Shown here: positions 29,125 to 38,918 of the stretch, in pieces
Position numbering within the stretch: position 1 is the stretch's first letter
Layout: each line of letters starts with the position of its first letter
Origin: an uncultured Ignavibacteria bacterium
GTDB lineage: Bacteria; Zixibacteria; MSB-5A5; CAIYYT01
DNA: 64,000 nucleotides
Assembly: GCA_964584025.1 (NCBI GenBank)
Contig: CAZOYE010000011.1
Span: 25,588 to 89,587, forward strand
Direction of reading: 5' to 3'
Program-made: the position numbers and the translations under genes
Notes under the pieces: model-generated
Told to the model about the DNA's origin: nothing
The model's database searches: none
The model's input: only the letters and a program-made list of their open reading frames with translations

Positions 29125-32100
29125 TAATCGTCGTCCTCGTCGTCGTCATCCTCATCGTCGTATTCGTCCTCATCGTCGTCATATTCCCCGGCGGCTTCGG
29201 TTGCCAGGGCGGTCTCGATCGGCGCGGGTGCACGTTCGGGTTCGAGTGTTTCGTCATATTCGGAACCGACATCTTCGAGGTCAACGGCGGACCTTGAAGC
29301 GCGTCCGGGAATTTTGTCGGCATCGGCATCAACCGGCGGCGCTTCATCAAAGGCGAAATTCATGACCTCCAGCTCGGTGCGGCGACCCTTGCCTTCGAAG
29401 TCGACGCTGACAATCTGGCTGACTCCCGGCTGCTGCATGGTCACGCCGTAGAGCCGATCGCACTGCTCCATCGTCCGCTTGTTGTGCGTGATGATAATGA
29501 ACTGGGTGCGGCCAACAAAGCTGCGAACCATGCGCAGGAAGCGCATGACATTGGCGTCATCAAGCGGCGCATCGACTTCATCGAGGATACAGAAGGGCGA
29601 CGGCTTCACCAGATAAATGGCGAACAGGAGCGAAATCGCCGTCAACGCTTTTTCTCCGCCCGACAACTGCGTAATGTTCAGAAAACGCTTGCCGCGGGGA
29701 CGCGCCGAGATCTCGATTGGTGTTTCCAACGGATCGTCTTCGTTTTCCATGCGCAGATCGGCCTCGCCGCCCTGGAACATCTCGGCAAAGACGCGCTGGA
29801 AGTTGGAGCGCACCTTGACGAAGGTCTCATGGAACATGCGTCGGGCGGTGGTGTTGATGCGATTGATCGTCGCTTTGAGATCGTCCTTGGCACGCGTGAG
29901 ATCCTCGATCTGACTGCGCAGAAAACGTTCGCGTTCGGCTTCGCGCTCGTATTCCTCGAGCGCCAGCATATTAACCATGCCGATTTGTTGCTGCTTGGCG
30001 CGGCAATCGGCGAGTTCGGCCTCCAGTTCGTGGAAAGTCTCGTCGGCGAGAGGCTCCGGCATGATCATGGCATCGACCTGGATGTCATAGAGCTCTTTGA
30101 GTTGCCGGGAGATATCATCGCAGCGCGCGTGGAATTCGGTTTCGCTAATCAGCAATTGTTGATTCTGCTCGGAGACCTCGTCGCGATGTTTGCGATTGCT
30201 GCGGACGATCTGATCGAATTCGGATTGTTTTTCGGTAAGCTCGCCCTGGCGCGTCGTTAAAGAGAGTTCTTCGCGCTTAAGAGATTCTCGCTTTTGCCCT
30301 TGTTCATCGAAGGCCACTCTCAATTCGCTGATGCGGGCTTGAAGCGTCTCGACCTCGCCGACGCGCGCGGCAATCGCGGCTTCGCGACGATCGCGCTGGG
30401 TCTGCAACTCGACGGAGACTTCGTCAATACGGCGCAGATTGCCATCGAGAGAGTTGACTTCAGTTTGCAGGCGCAGGAGCTGCAAGCGTTGATCGTCAAC
30501 TTGCTGAGATAAGCGGGCGACTTCGGATTCGAGCGACTCGACGGTGGCGGACTGGCGGCTTAAGGATTCAGCCTTGGAGGCCGAATCTGTCGTCAACTGT
30601 GTGACGCTGGATTGGAGGCTATCAAGTTGTGACCTGAGGCTATCCAATTTCAGTTGACTTGCGCCCACTGTCACGCCCAATTCCTCGAGGGCCTCGCTGG
30701 CCTGCTTCAGCCGCAGATGTTCGCCGGCGATCAGGATTTGCGATTCGGCTGCCTGATCGCGCAGCAGCGCGAGTTGGCGGGATTGATCCTTGAGTTGTTC
30801 CTCCAGCTGAATCCGTTCATCCTGAAGTGCTGCCAGGTGCGCTTCGACCTCACGGCTCCGATCGTCGGCGGCTTCGGCTTCGGCACGCAAACGCTGGAGA
30901 TCCGCATCGCGGCCCAAAAGCGGCAACTGCGCGCTGCCGCCGCCTTCATGCAGCGGGCGGGCGCGATAGAATTCACCATCGAGAGTCACGACGCGCAAGT
31001 CTCCCTGCGCCAGCTCAATTAGTTTCTCGGCGGCATCGCGATCCTGCACGATCCAGACATCGCCCAGTAACAGGTCGGCGAGCTTCTCGAACCCGGGACG
31101 CACGCGGATCACTTCGGTGGCCTGCACCAAGTGTCCGCCGAAGCCGCCGGGGCGGGCGATTTTGCGATCTTTCGTCCAGGCATCGAGTTCGCTCTTGACG
31201 ATAAAGGTCACGCGCCCCTGGGACTGGCTTTTGAGAAACTCGATGGCGCGGTACGCGGCGGGGCGATCTTCAACGACGACGTACTGAGCGGCCTCGGCAA
31301 GCGCCGTTTCCACGGCGCGAAGGTATTCCGGTTGGCCTTCGATCAGGTTCGCCGCGGTATCGATGATACCACCGAGAGAGTCGCGGCCGGCGAAGACCGC
31401 AGTGACACCGGAGCCGTACCCTTCATAGTGGGCGATCATGCGCTCGAGAATCTCGATCTGGGCGCGTTGCGAGCGCGCCTCGAGGCGCAGATCGGAAAGT
31501 TGGGCCTGCCGATCGGCAGATTCGAGTTCGACGGCGTGACGGCGTTCTTCTGCGTGGCTTCGACCGGTCTCGAGTTGCCCAATCTGCGCCTTCAGGTCAT
31601 CGTGTTTCTGTCCGATTTCACGGATGGCATCGGCCGAGCGCGAGCACTCGGTCTGCAGTTGCGCCTTCTTCTCGGCGTTACGTGTCATTGCCGCTTCGAT
31701 TTCAACGACCTGCTGTTCAAGCTGCTGTCGGTTCTGCTCGGTAAGAGAGCGACGGCCCTCGATTTCGAACAAGTCGCGCTGTTCGGACTGCGAGGAACGG
31801 CGCGCCGACTCCAATTCAGTCAGCCTTTCGTTCAGCGTGTGTTCCAGGTTCCCGCTATCGGAATTGAGCTGCTCCAGCAATTGCCGCTGGCCGGCCAGCC
31901 GATCGGAGAGGGTTGATTTCTCGATTACGAGCTGCTCGAGCTTGGCGTTGATGCCGTTGATGTCGCGACGATCGCTCTCGTCGGTCTGGGTGGCGGCGCG
32001 AATGCGCTCGTCATTGACGGAGATCTCGGTTTCGAGACGGTAGCAGGTGGCGGAAACTTCTTCGACCTGCGCCCGCAGTTGCCGCAGTTGCTCGCCCAAT

Positions 32101-32933
32101 TCGAGGGATTGAGCCGCGTACTCTTCGCGCGCCAGGTCCCATTTGTCGATTTCGCCGCTTAATTCAGCCAACTTGATCTGGCTGAGGCGCTTTTCGTCGC
32201 GCACTTGAACCAACTGTGTGTCAAGGCGGCGGTATTTTTCTTTCAACAAGACCTGGCCGGCAGTACGGATGCGATCCTCGAGCGTCTTATAGCGCTCGGC
32301 GCGTTTCATCTGGCGGCCAAGACCGCTGACCTGGGAGGAGACTTCCGCGAGAATATCAAGGAGGCGAAGCAGATCCTGCTCGGTGGCTTCGAGTTTACGC
32401 AGGGCTGCGCGTTTGCGCTGCTTATACTTGGTGATGCCGGCAGCTTCCTCGAAGAGCATGCGACGCTGATCAGCCTTGTCCGAAAGGATAGCTTCGACCA
32501 TGTCGAGTTCGATCGCGGAGTAGGCGTGCGCGCCCATGCCGGTATCGGCGAACAATTCGGTGATATCCTTGAGACGACAGACGACGTTATTGAGCAAATA
32601 CTCGGACTCGCCGGAACGATAAAGGCGGCGCGTGATCGTGATATTATTGTATTCCGTCGGCAGCACGCCGCGGTTATTGACAATGTGAAGCGCCACTTCG
32701 GCCATGCCGATCGGCTTCATTTCGCGTGTCCCGGCGAAGATCACGTCCTCCATCTTGCCGCCGCGCAGAATCGAAATGCGCTGTTCGCCAAGCACCCAGC
32801 GGATGGCATCAAGTACATTGGTTTTGCCACAGCCGTTAGGACCCACGACGCCCGTAATGCCGTTAGCAAACTCGACCGAGGTCTTCAGGGGAAATGATTT
32901 GAATCCGAGTATCTCTAATCCCGATAAATACAA
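29124..32933 (-). CDS. smc: chromosome segregation protein SMC with a C-terminal acidic extension
   Basis: Walker A GPNGCGKTN. Long coiled coils with a hinge. Signature LSGGEKALTAISLLFAIY and Walker B ILDEVDAPLD. An extra ~90-aa tail ends …EYDDDEDEYDDEDDDDEDDD. Confidence 0.9.
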   Translation of the reverse strand: MYLSGLEILGFKSFPLKTSVEFANGITGVVGPNGCGKTNVLDAIRWVLGEQRISILRGGKMEDVIFAGTREMKPIGMAEVALHIVNNRGVLPTEYNNITITRRLYRSGESEYLLNNVVCRLKDITELFADTGMGAHAYSAIELDMVEAILSDKADQRRMLFEEAAGITKYKQRKRAALRKLEATEQDLLRLLDILAEVSSQVSGLGRQMKRAERYKTLEDRIRTAGQVLLKEKYRRLDTQLVQVRDEKRLSQIKLAELSGEIDKWDLAREEYAAQSLELGEQLRQLRAQVEEVSATCYRLETEISVNDERIRAATQTDESDRRDINGINAKLEQLVIEKSTLSDRLAGQRQLLEQLNSDSGNLEHTLNERLTELESARRSSQSEQRDLFEIEGRRSLTEQNRQQLEQQVVEIEAAMTRNAEKKAQLQTECSRSADAIREIGQKHDDLKAQIGQLETGRSHAEERRHAVELESADRQAQLSDLRLEARSQRAQIEILERMIAHYEGYGSGVTAVFAGRDSLGGIIDTAANLIEGQPEYLRAVETALAEAAQYVVVEDRPAAYRAIEFLKSQSQGRVTFIVKSELDAWTKDRKIARPGGFGGHLVQATEVIRVRPGFEKLADLLLGDVWIVQDRDAAEKLIELAQGDLRVVTLDGEFYRARPLHEGGGSAQLPLLGRDADLQRLRAEAEAADDRSREVEAHLAALQDERIQLEEQLKDQSRQLALLRDQAAESQILIAGEHLRLKQASEALEELGVTVGASQLKLDSLRSQLDSLQSSVTQLTTDSASKAESLSRQSATVESLESEVARLSQQVDDQRLQLLRLQTEVNSLDGNLRRIDEVSVELQTQRDRREAAIAARVGEVETLQARISELRVAFDEQGQKRESLKREELSLTTRQGELTEKQSEFDQIVRSNRKHRDEVSEQNQQLLISETEFHARCDDISRQLKELYDIQVDAMIMPEPLADETFHELEAELADCRAKQQQIGMVNMLALEEYEREAERERFLRSQIEDLTRAKDDLKATINRINTTARRMFHETFVKVRSNFQRVFAEMFQGGEADLRMENEDDPLETPIEISARPRGKRFLNITQLSGGEKALTAISLLFAIYLVKPSPFCILDEVDAPLDDANVMRFLRMVRSFVGRTQFIIITHNKRTMEQCDRLYGVTMQQPGVSQIVSVDFEGKGRRTELEVMNFAFDEAPPVDADADKIPGRASRSAVDLEDVGSEYDETLEPERAPAPIETALATEAAGEYDDDEDEYDDEDDDDEDDD
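29127..29400. repeat. GTC/ATC trinucleotide-rich low-complexity tract encoding the acidic SMC tail
   Basis: gtcgtcctcgtcgtcgtcatcctcatcgtcgtattcgtcctcatcgtcgtc on the plus strand. Confidence 0.6.
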
Positions 32934-32953
32934 TTGGCGCTCCTGCTTTCCGT

Positions 32954-33523
32954 TTAAGTTGTCCCTTGGATATCCGGCAATACCGAGCTGATTTGGATAG
33001 AACTCAGCATATCGATCATACTGCGATAGACTTTGAGTTCGTCGTGTTGAAAACTCGACCGGATCTCGAAGTTATGGATGGGCGGGCCCCAGACACCGAC
33101 GAGGCCGACCCGCAACATCGCGCTGGAGTGAATCGCCACGAGCGCATTGAAGACGTTGCGTTTGGTTTCAAAATCGATGAAGACCGAGGCGTCAAATTCC
33201 TCGATCTTCTTGAAGAAATCATTCTTGGGCAGCCCGATGAAATTGGCGGCATACAGGTCGGGCGAAATTGTGTGGATGCCGGTCTTGCGCGCGATCTCGG
33301 TGCAGCCGTTCGGGACGGCGATCATCATATCGCTGCTGGGAAATATGATCGTCAATTCGCTGATCATGCGCAGCAGCACGCTGTTGGTCTGAATGCCGAA
33401 CGGCAGCGTCACCACGATGCGTTTGCTGCCGCGGATCGAAGACGGGAATTCGTAGGCCGTCATCCGCAATTGACGACCTTTCAGCCCGACATAGAGGTGC
33501 TGTAGTTTCTCCCGCAATTTCAT
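32954..33523 (-). CDS. hypothetical protein (189 aa) embedded in the rodZ-smc operon
   Basis: ORF with operon-consistent spacing (4-nt overlap with the upstream gene, 20-nt gap to smc). No motif recognised. Confidence 0.45.
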   Translation of the reverse strand: MKLREKLQHLYVGLKGRQLRMTAYEFPSSIRGSKRIVVTLPFGIQTNSVLLRMISELTIIFPSSDMMIAVPNGCTEIARKTGIHTISPDLYAANFIGLPKNDFFKKIEEFDASVFIDFETKRNVFNALVAIHSSAMLRVGLVGVWGPPIHNFEIRSSFQHDELKVYRSMIDMLSSIQISSVLPDIQGTT

Positions 33524-34368
33524 GGCGCAAGCCTCGTAGTATCGACAAAGTCCTGGTAGTTGTTGCGCGTGAGGGTAAAGGTTTTCACGCTGCCGTCATC
33601 AGGTGTTACCAGCGCCAGCGGCTTGGCGTTGCACCAAACTTCGACCATATTAGCGCGTCCGAACTTGCAGGCAATGCTGTCCTGCATCGCGAACCAGAGC
33701 GTGTCGGGGGCTTTGAGGATTTCCGAGAAGATGCTGTCGCCGTCGATACTGACTTCAATCCAGCATTCGCCCTTACCAATCATCAGCAGGTTTAGCATCG
33801 CCGGTTCGGTCGCCACTTGAACGGTGTCGAGCGGCAACGAATCGGGAATCACCGTTTCCCTGACGGCGGGCGAAACGCCGGCCGGCGCCGAATCTTCGGT
33901 CTTCATGAAATTGTCCCGATAGTACTTGAGGCCGTAGAGACCGACGAAAATCGCGATGATACCGAACAGGAGATAGAGTACGGGACGACCGCCCTTACGG
34001 CGCGGCGTTTCCGGCAGCGGCGCCTGTACGGGAGTTGCGACTGCCGGCGCCTTGACAGGAGGTTTCGTCGGCTCAGACTGCTTGGGTTCTTCCTCGGAAA
34101 CGGCACTCGGTTCGTGCTCGGGCAGACGCAGAAGAAGCTCGTCCAGCGCCACGCCGAGATAATCGGAATAAGCTTTGAGGAACAGCTCTTTGTAGATGGT
34201 GTCGGGGAGATCCTGGTCGCGGCCCTCTTCGAGGGCTGAGAGGTACTTCGAATGAATTTTGATGTGCGCAGCGACGTCTTCGAGCGACAGTTCCTTCGAT
34301 TCGCGCTTACGGCGAAGGTACTCACCAACGGTCTTGATATTGTCTTCGGAGCCGAATTCAAAAGTCAC
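33520..34368 (-). CDS. RodZ-like cytoskeleton protein (XRE HTH + transmembrane helix + C-terminal DUF4115-like domain)
   Basis: N-terminal HTH (TVGEYLRRKRESKELSLEDVAAHIKIHSKYLSALEEG), Pro-rich linker, transmembrane helix (LYLLFGIIAIFVGLYGL), and a C-terminal beta domain. Confidence 0.65.
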   Translation of the reverse strand: MTFEFGSEDNIKTVGEYLRRKRESKELSLEDVAAHIKIHSKYLSALEEGRDQDLPDTIYKELFLKAYSDYLGVALDELLLRLPEHEPSAVSEEEPKQSEPTKPPVKAPAVATPVQAPLPETPRRKGGRPVLYLLFGIIAIFVGLYGLKYYRDNFMKTEDSAPAGVSPAVRETVIPDSLPLDTVQVATEPAMLNLLMIGKGECWIEVSIDGDSIFSEILKAPDTLWFAMQDSIACKFGRANMVEVWCNAKPLALVTPDDGSVKTFTLTRNNYQDFVDTTRLAP

Positions 34369-35003
34369 GAGCGCAACCCTCTCACCATCTTGATAAAGAG
34401 ATTGAGCGGAAACCCAATAACATTGAGCAGGCTTCCCGTCAAGTCCTCGACCAACAATTCGCCCATCCCCTGAATTCCGTAGGCGCCGGCCTTGTCCATC
34501 GGCTCACCGGAGTCGACGTAAACCGCGATCGCAGACTCGTCCAGAGAATGAAACTTCACCCAGCTGACTTCCCCGTCAACGAGGGTACGGCCGCTCCTGT
34601 CGCGGACGGCCAGGGCCGTCAGCACGAAATGCCGATGGCCGGCCAAGTGGCGGAGGATACGGATGGCGTCGGCACGATCGACGGGCTTGCCAAGGATATG
34701 GTTGTCCAACACGACGATCGTGTCCGCAGCTACGGTAAGCGTGCCGTTCGCCGGGATCGCTTCCAGCTTGCGCAAGGCCAGGTCCAGGGCGTAACGTCGC
34801 GGCTCGGCGCCCTCGGGCACGTCTTCGTCGACTACCGGAACTACGACATCGAAGGCAACACCTGCCAGGCGCAGAATCTCCCGGCGACGCGGCGAGCCGG
34901 AAGCCAGAGTGATCCGCTCATTGCCGAGCAGTGAGTGCAGCTCTTCACGGTCGCGTGCGTCGATTGAAAGCTCAAAGCGTTTGCTGATGGTCATATTCGT
35001 CAT
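34365..35003 (-). CDS. maf: Maf-family nucleoside triphosphate pyrophosphatase (septum formation protein Maf)
   Basis: [24 protein letters not shown] matches the Maf N-terminal motif. Confidence 0.8.
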   Translation of the reverse strand: MTNMTISKRFELSIDARDREELHSLLGNERITLASGSPRRREILRLAGVAFDVVVPVVDEDVPEGAEPRRYALDLALRKLEAIPANGTLTVAADTIVVLDNHILGKPVDRADAIRILRHLAGHRHFVLTALAVRDRSGRTLVDGEVSWVKFHSLDESAIAVYVDSGEPMDKAGAYGIQGMGELLVEDLTGSLLNVIGFPLNLFIKMVRGLRS

Positions 35004-35452
35004 GATCGCTTCTCTTCGGAGTTGAGAATGATCGTTACCGGTCCTGCATTACATAGTGATACATCCATAGCTGCACCAAAAATCCCGGACTCGACAGCGA
35101 CACCTCTTGACTTGATCGCAGACTTGAAGTGCTCGAACAGCAGCGCAGCCTTGACCGGCTCCATCGCCTCTGTAAATGCGGGTCGACGGCCTTTGCGCGT
35201 GTCTGCGTAGAGCGTGAATTGGCTCACTGCGAGGAGTGCGCCGCCGACATCAAGCAGAGACAAATTCATCTTGCCTTCAACGTCTTCAAAGATGCGCAAG
35301 TTGACGCACCGTTCAGCCAGCGTCTCAGCGTCACGTTCCGAGTCAGCGTGCGTCGCCCCGACTAAGACCATGAGGCCATTATCGATAACTCCGACGACTT
35401 CATTTTCTACTTCCACGCGCGCCCACTTCACCCGCTGAATTACAAGTCGCAT
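35000..35452 (-). CDS. dtd: D-aminoacyl-tRNA deacylase
   Basis: MRLVIQRV...SQFTLYAD...GAAM pattern of Dtd. Start set at the internal ATG (35452) to give a canonical ~150-aa protein. Confidence 0.8.
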   Translation of the reverse strand: MRLVIQRVKWARVEVENEVVGVIDNGLMVLVGATHADSERDAETLAERCVNLRIFEDVEGKMNLSLLDVGGALLAVSQFTLYADTRKGRRPAFTEAMEPVKAALLFEHFKSAIKSRGVAVESGIFGAAMDVSLCNAGPVTIILNSEEKRS

Positions 35453-35473
35453 CCATAGGCCTTTCAGGCGGTT

Positions 35474-35502
35474 TAGATAGCCCTGATTATATTCAATGTC
35501 AA
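35474..35502 (-). promoter_or_regulatory. sigma-70-type promoter for the dtd-maf-rodZ-smc-ftsY-yjbQ-rlmH operon
   Basis: Minus strand TTGACA (35497-35502), 17-nt spacer, TATCTA (35474-35479). About 20 nt upstream of the dtd ATG. Confidence 0.45.
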
Positions 35503-35613
35503 CTAAAACTGTGCCTGAATTCAGCGCCACGGGCGTGTGGTAGAGTGATACTTTAATTGATGTCCGTAACTGACAGTACACGCGTGCGTTGCTGTGGCTA
35601 ATGAAAGGTACTT

Positions 35614-35640
35614 AGGGCTCCACTCTTTCGCTGGAGCCCT
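35614..35640 (-). terminator. hairpin downstream of the TPR lipoprotein gene (weak terminator or attenuator)
   Basis: 9-bp perfect stem AGGGCTCCA/TGGAGCCCT with a 9-nt loop, but a poor T-tract. Confidence 0.3.
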
Positions 35641-35664
35641 AGACTTAGTGGAATCTCTGTCTTG

Positions 35665-37326
35665 TCAAAGACCGGAGAGCTGTAGTTTGACGTCGGCCTG
35701 AGCCCAAGCGCGCTCGAATTCCAGTTGAACGTTTGCTGCATCGGCGTCCTTCCCCTGTCGCTGGAGCGATTGCCAGAGACCGTATAGCGCACGACCGGAG
35801 CGCGGGTGCACAACCAATTCCGCACGGAATTCTTTCTCGGCATCGGCAGGGCGATCATTGCGGAGCAGTAGTGCACCGAGAGCCTCGCGAGCATTGAAAT
35901 ACCAGCCCTCAGGCTCGTCATAACGCAACGACTCCTGCGCGCCAACGGCGGCACGGAGGAGCTTCTCTGCCTCGTGCGCGTTGCCTTCGGCCTCAGCGAT
36001 CGCTCCACCAAGCATGTTCTCCAAAATCGGAATAGCATTTCGCGCATCGTTATTCATGCTCATGTAGCAGCCTTCCGGGAAGTTCGCCGTGAGCTTCATC
36101 ACTTCTGCAAGTGCAGACTTCGCCTTCTTGACATCGCCCTTCGACGCGTAAGCCATGCCATGAGCGAAATGATGAATGGTTTTGGTGAGGACGTAGCCGT
36201 GATCCGGCAACTTGGTCTTAAGGATCTCATCCCACTTGTTGAAGACCAGAAGCACCAGGTAACGAGTCGGCACCAGGATGCCAACCATCGGATCGACATT
36301 GGCAAACGGCGTGATATGCTGCTCGAGCAAGTCAACAGCCTGCATCGATTCTTCGTAGCGTCCGGCAATCGCGGCGGAAACCGCGAGGAAATGAATGTTG
36401 TGGGGGTAATACATCATCCCGTAGAAACCGACGCCGCCTTCGTTAACATACATGCTGTCGGCATGCACGGCGTAGCGGTTGGCAATTACTGCTCCCATAT
36501 AATCGCCGGAGCGGATGTAAGCGTGCGCCGGCATATGCACCAGATGTCCGGCAGCCGGCACGAGTCTCTCCAGTTTGTAAGCGGACAGGAGCCCGCGGTT
36601 CGGATCGCGCGAGGCTTCAACGGCGTGAATGTAGTAGTGGTTGGCGCCGGGGTGATCCGGGTTGCGCTCCAACACGGTTTCAAGCGCGGCTATAATTTCC
36701 GGCGTCCCTTCGGCCGGTGAACCATCGGCATTCCACAACTGCCAGGGTTTAAGATTCATCATGCTCTCGGCGTAAATTGTGAGAGCGTCCATGTCGTCGG
36801 GATACTTGCCGCTTAGGGCTTTCATGGCATCGCGGTAGGCCATTTCGTTGCGCATGTAGTCGGCCTTGACGTCGGCGGAGTATCGCTTCATCATGGCATC
36901 GATGTAGTCGCACTCAGCCGGCGAGGCGAACGAGCGCAGGCTGTCGGCTTTGCGGATCGCTGCAAAGGCACCCTTGGCCTGCAGCGAGTCGATCGGGCGA
37001 TTGTAGTTGGTCCCCAGCGCGTAGGCGATACCCCAGTGCGCCATCGCGAGATTGGGATCAAGTTCCGCAGCCTTGCGGAAGGAGCGAATGGCTTCGTCGT
37101 GATTGAAGGCAAAACACATGGTCAGCCCCTGGTCGAAATAGGCCTGAGCTTCGGCGTTTTTCGTGCTGACCGGATGATGATGGTTGCCGCGTCCCTCCAT
37201 GAGACTGGTCGGCAACGATTCGAGATAGAGCTTGTTCTTGCCGCAGTACGGGCAGGCGGACAAAGCCGCCGTAAGCGCCATGAGCAGTGCGGTCGTCAGA
37301 AGTACCGTGCGAAAAGTTCGAGTCAT
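35665..37326 (-). CDS. TPR-repeat lipoprotein of unknown function
   Basis: Signal peptide with lipobox-like ALSAC, followed by CPYCGK. Multiple TPR-like helical repeats over 553 aa. Confidence 0.6.
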   Translation of the reverse strand: MTRTFRTVLLTTALLMALTAALSACPYCGKNKLYLESLPTSLMEGRGNHHHPVSTKNAEAQAYFDQGLTMCFAFNHDEAIRSFRKAAELDPNLAMAHWGIAYALGTNYNRPIDSLQAKGAFAAIRKADSLRSFASPAECDYIDAMMKRYSADVKADYMRNEMAYRDAMKALSGKYPDDMDALTIYAESMMNLKPWQLWNADGSPAEGTPEIIAALETVLERNPDHPGANHYYIHAVEASRDPNRGLLSAYKLERLVPAAGHLVHMPAHAYIRSGDYMGAVIANRYAVHADSMYVNEGGVGFYGMMYYPHNIHFLAVSAAIAGRYEESMQAVDLLEQHITPFANVDPMVGILVPTRYLVLLVFNKWDEILKTKLPDHGYVLTKTIHHFAHGMAYASKGDVKKAKSALAEVMKLTANFPEGCYMSMNNDARNAIPILENMLGGAIAEAEGNAHEAEKLLRAAVGAQESLRYDEPEGWYFNAREALGALLLRNDRPADAEKEFRAELVVHPRSGRALYGLWQSLQRQGKDADAANVQLEFERAWAQADVKLQLSGL

Positions 37327-37448
37327 AACTCCCTCCTCCTGTCGTTTCGAAGTCGCCTTCGTTTAACATTACCAATATAGGTCTATAATATGAGTGCTCC
37401 AAGCTGCGGGCAACAGAAAAGTTTGCGCGGGCGCGGAGAGTTTGGCCG

Positions 37449-37477
37449 TTGCTAAAATCGCCATTCGTGGCTATATT
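37449..37477 (+). promoter_or_regulatory. sigma-70-type promoter for the dockerin-tailed secreted protein gene
   Basis: TTGCTA (37449-37454), 17-nt spacer, TATATT (37472-37477). About 60-nt leader with a GAGGAGG RBS before the ATG at 37546. Confidence 0.45.
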
Positions 37478-37545
37478 GTGGCGAAGTGAACAACCCTGCT
37501 CTTTGATCTCATCACCGCTCGTCATTCAACGACGAGGAGGAAGAC

Positions 37546-38844
37546 ATGGGAAGTAGATTCAATCTCGCGTTCTCGGTTTTGGCGGTAGGTGCAGTATCAT
37601 TGTTCCTATCGCAATCGGCAAACCATGATGCCAATGCAACCCAAGTCTGGGGAGGACAGAACGCCATCGCGGATACCGATACCACGTTTCTGCCGCCCGA
37701 CTCTGAGATACGCACTTCCTGTCTGCGTGTCTCGGTGGCGCCGCACTCGCTGATCGGCACCGGCCCGCACTATTGGGAGTACTTTGCGGATGGCCCGACC
37801 GCCCCGGATTATATCTATGAGGGCTACCTGATTCTTGGCAACTCAGCCGAGAATCTAAGTTACATGGGGAGCAGCAGTCGAATTCACCCAAATCCGACTC
37901 CCAGTAATCCCTTCGGTTATCTCCAGAGGGATGAGCAAGTCGTGATGACCGTCGACTCAACTTCGGCCTGGAATCAACGAGTCGCAACCGGTTCGGGGTT
38001 CAATCGTGATTCAACGCTTCAATTCTACGTCAGTTGGTATGCCTCCAAGATCCCCGACTCGTGCAATTTCCTGTTTGGAGCCTTCAAGATTTTCAAGGGA
38101 CCCAATGGCGGCACGGTTGCGGGCTTGACAGTGGCGTACTTCGTCGACTGGGACATTCCCGCTGACACCGGGAGCGACAATTACTGCGGAGTAGACTATC
38201 CAAAATCAATGCTTTATCAGCGCGGATCGCCGACGGGAAGCGCAAGCAATAATGCCTCGCGTTACGGCGCGATGAGCGGATTCTGTGAGCTCGGGAGGAT
38301 CGTCGGAGGATTCGTTTTGGAGTCGCCAACCTACATCTATCCGGAAGCGGCACTTGAAAACGACTCGATTTGGAATCGCATGAGCGGCCTGCAGCAGAAC
38401 CAGTATCACTTCCCAGCGGCTTACGTCGATCCGCTGAGCAGTTCAGGCGCGGCTGAGGACCTTTGTATGGTGTCGGTATTGGCGCGCAATCAGACCATCG
38501 ATAGCGATGACACGCTGCACTGTGGCGTCATACTTGCCTCCCAGCCTTCAGGCGGCACGCTTGCCGGACTGAAGACTGCGATCACTCAGGGCGTCAAATT
38601 TGGTCAATCCCGCAACCTGGTTCCGGGCGCCTTTGCCGAGTGCAAGTGTGGCGATTGCGACAACAACGGCATCTGGACAATCTCCGACGCAGTCTGCCTC
38701 CTTTCGTATTTGTTTTGGGGAGGTCCTTATCCCGGACTCACCTGTCTCGGCGATGCCGATGGAAACAAGATCATCACGATTTCGGATGCCGTGTATATCA
38801 TCACGCACGTCTTCGGAGGCGGACCGCAACCGGGGGGATGTTGA
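37546..38844 (+). CDS. secreted protein of unknown function with a C-terminal tandem dockerin-like repeat
   Basis: Signal peptide MGSRFNLAFSVLAVGAVSLFLSQSA. The C-terminus CGDCDNNGIWTISDAVCLLSYLFWGGPYP...GDADGNKIITISDAVYIITHVFGGGPQPGGC has the same two-repeat module as the protein at 1783..4650. Confidence 0.75.
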   Translation: MGSRFNLAFSVLAVGAVSLFLSQSANHDANATQVWGGQNAIADTDTTFLPPDSEIRTSCLRVSVAPHSLIGTGPHYWEYFADGPTAPDYIYEGYLILGNSAENLSYMGSSSRIHPNPTPSNPFGYLQRDEQVVMTVDSTSAWNQRVATGSGFNRDSTLQFYVSWYASKIPDSCNFLFGAFKIFKGPNGGTVAGLTVAYFVDWDIPADTGSDNYCGVDYPKSMLYQRGSPTGSASNNASRYGAMSGFCELGRIVGGFVLESPTYIYPEAALENDSIWNRMSGLQQNQYHFPAAYVDPLSSSGAAEDLCMVSVLARNQTIDSDDTLHCGVILASQPSGGTLAGLKTAITQGVKFGQSRNLVPGAFAECKCGDCDNNGIWTISDAVCLLSYLFWGGPYPGLTCLGDADGNKIITISDAVYIITHVFGGGPQPGGC

Positions 38845-38874
38845 TTCACTAACGAAGTATTGGGCATTGAAGAG

Positions 38875-38910
38875 CGCCGTCAGGACAGAATCCTGACGGC
38901 GTTTTGCTTT
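38875..38910 (+). terminator. Rho-independent terminator; copy 1 of a repeated 27-nt palindromic hairpin
   Basis: CGCCGTCAGGA-CAGAA-TCCTGACGGCG (11-bp stem) followed by TTTTGCTTT. Confidence 0.7.
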
Positions 38911-38918
38911 GGGGAGAA

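Noticed and set aside
31131-32897. Plus-strand ORFs of 261 aa and 230 aa inside smc
   Set aside because: Antisense to a clearly intact SMC gene. Low-complexity translations.
32954-33523. Tentative GT-B/heptosyltransferase-like N-terminal resemblance of the 189-aa hypothetical protein
   Set aside because: The resemblance (RIVVTLPFG...) is too weak, and the protein is far too short for a GT9 enzyme. Left as hypothetical.
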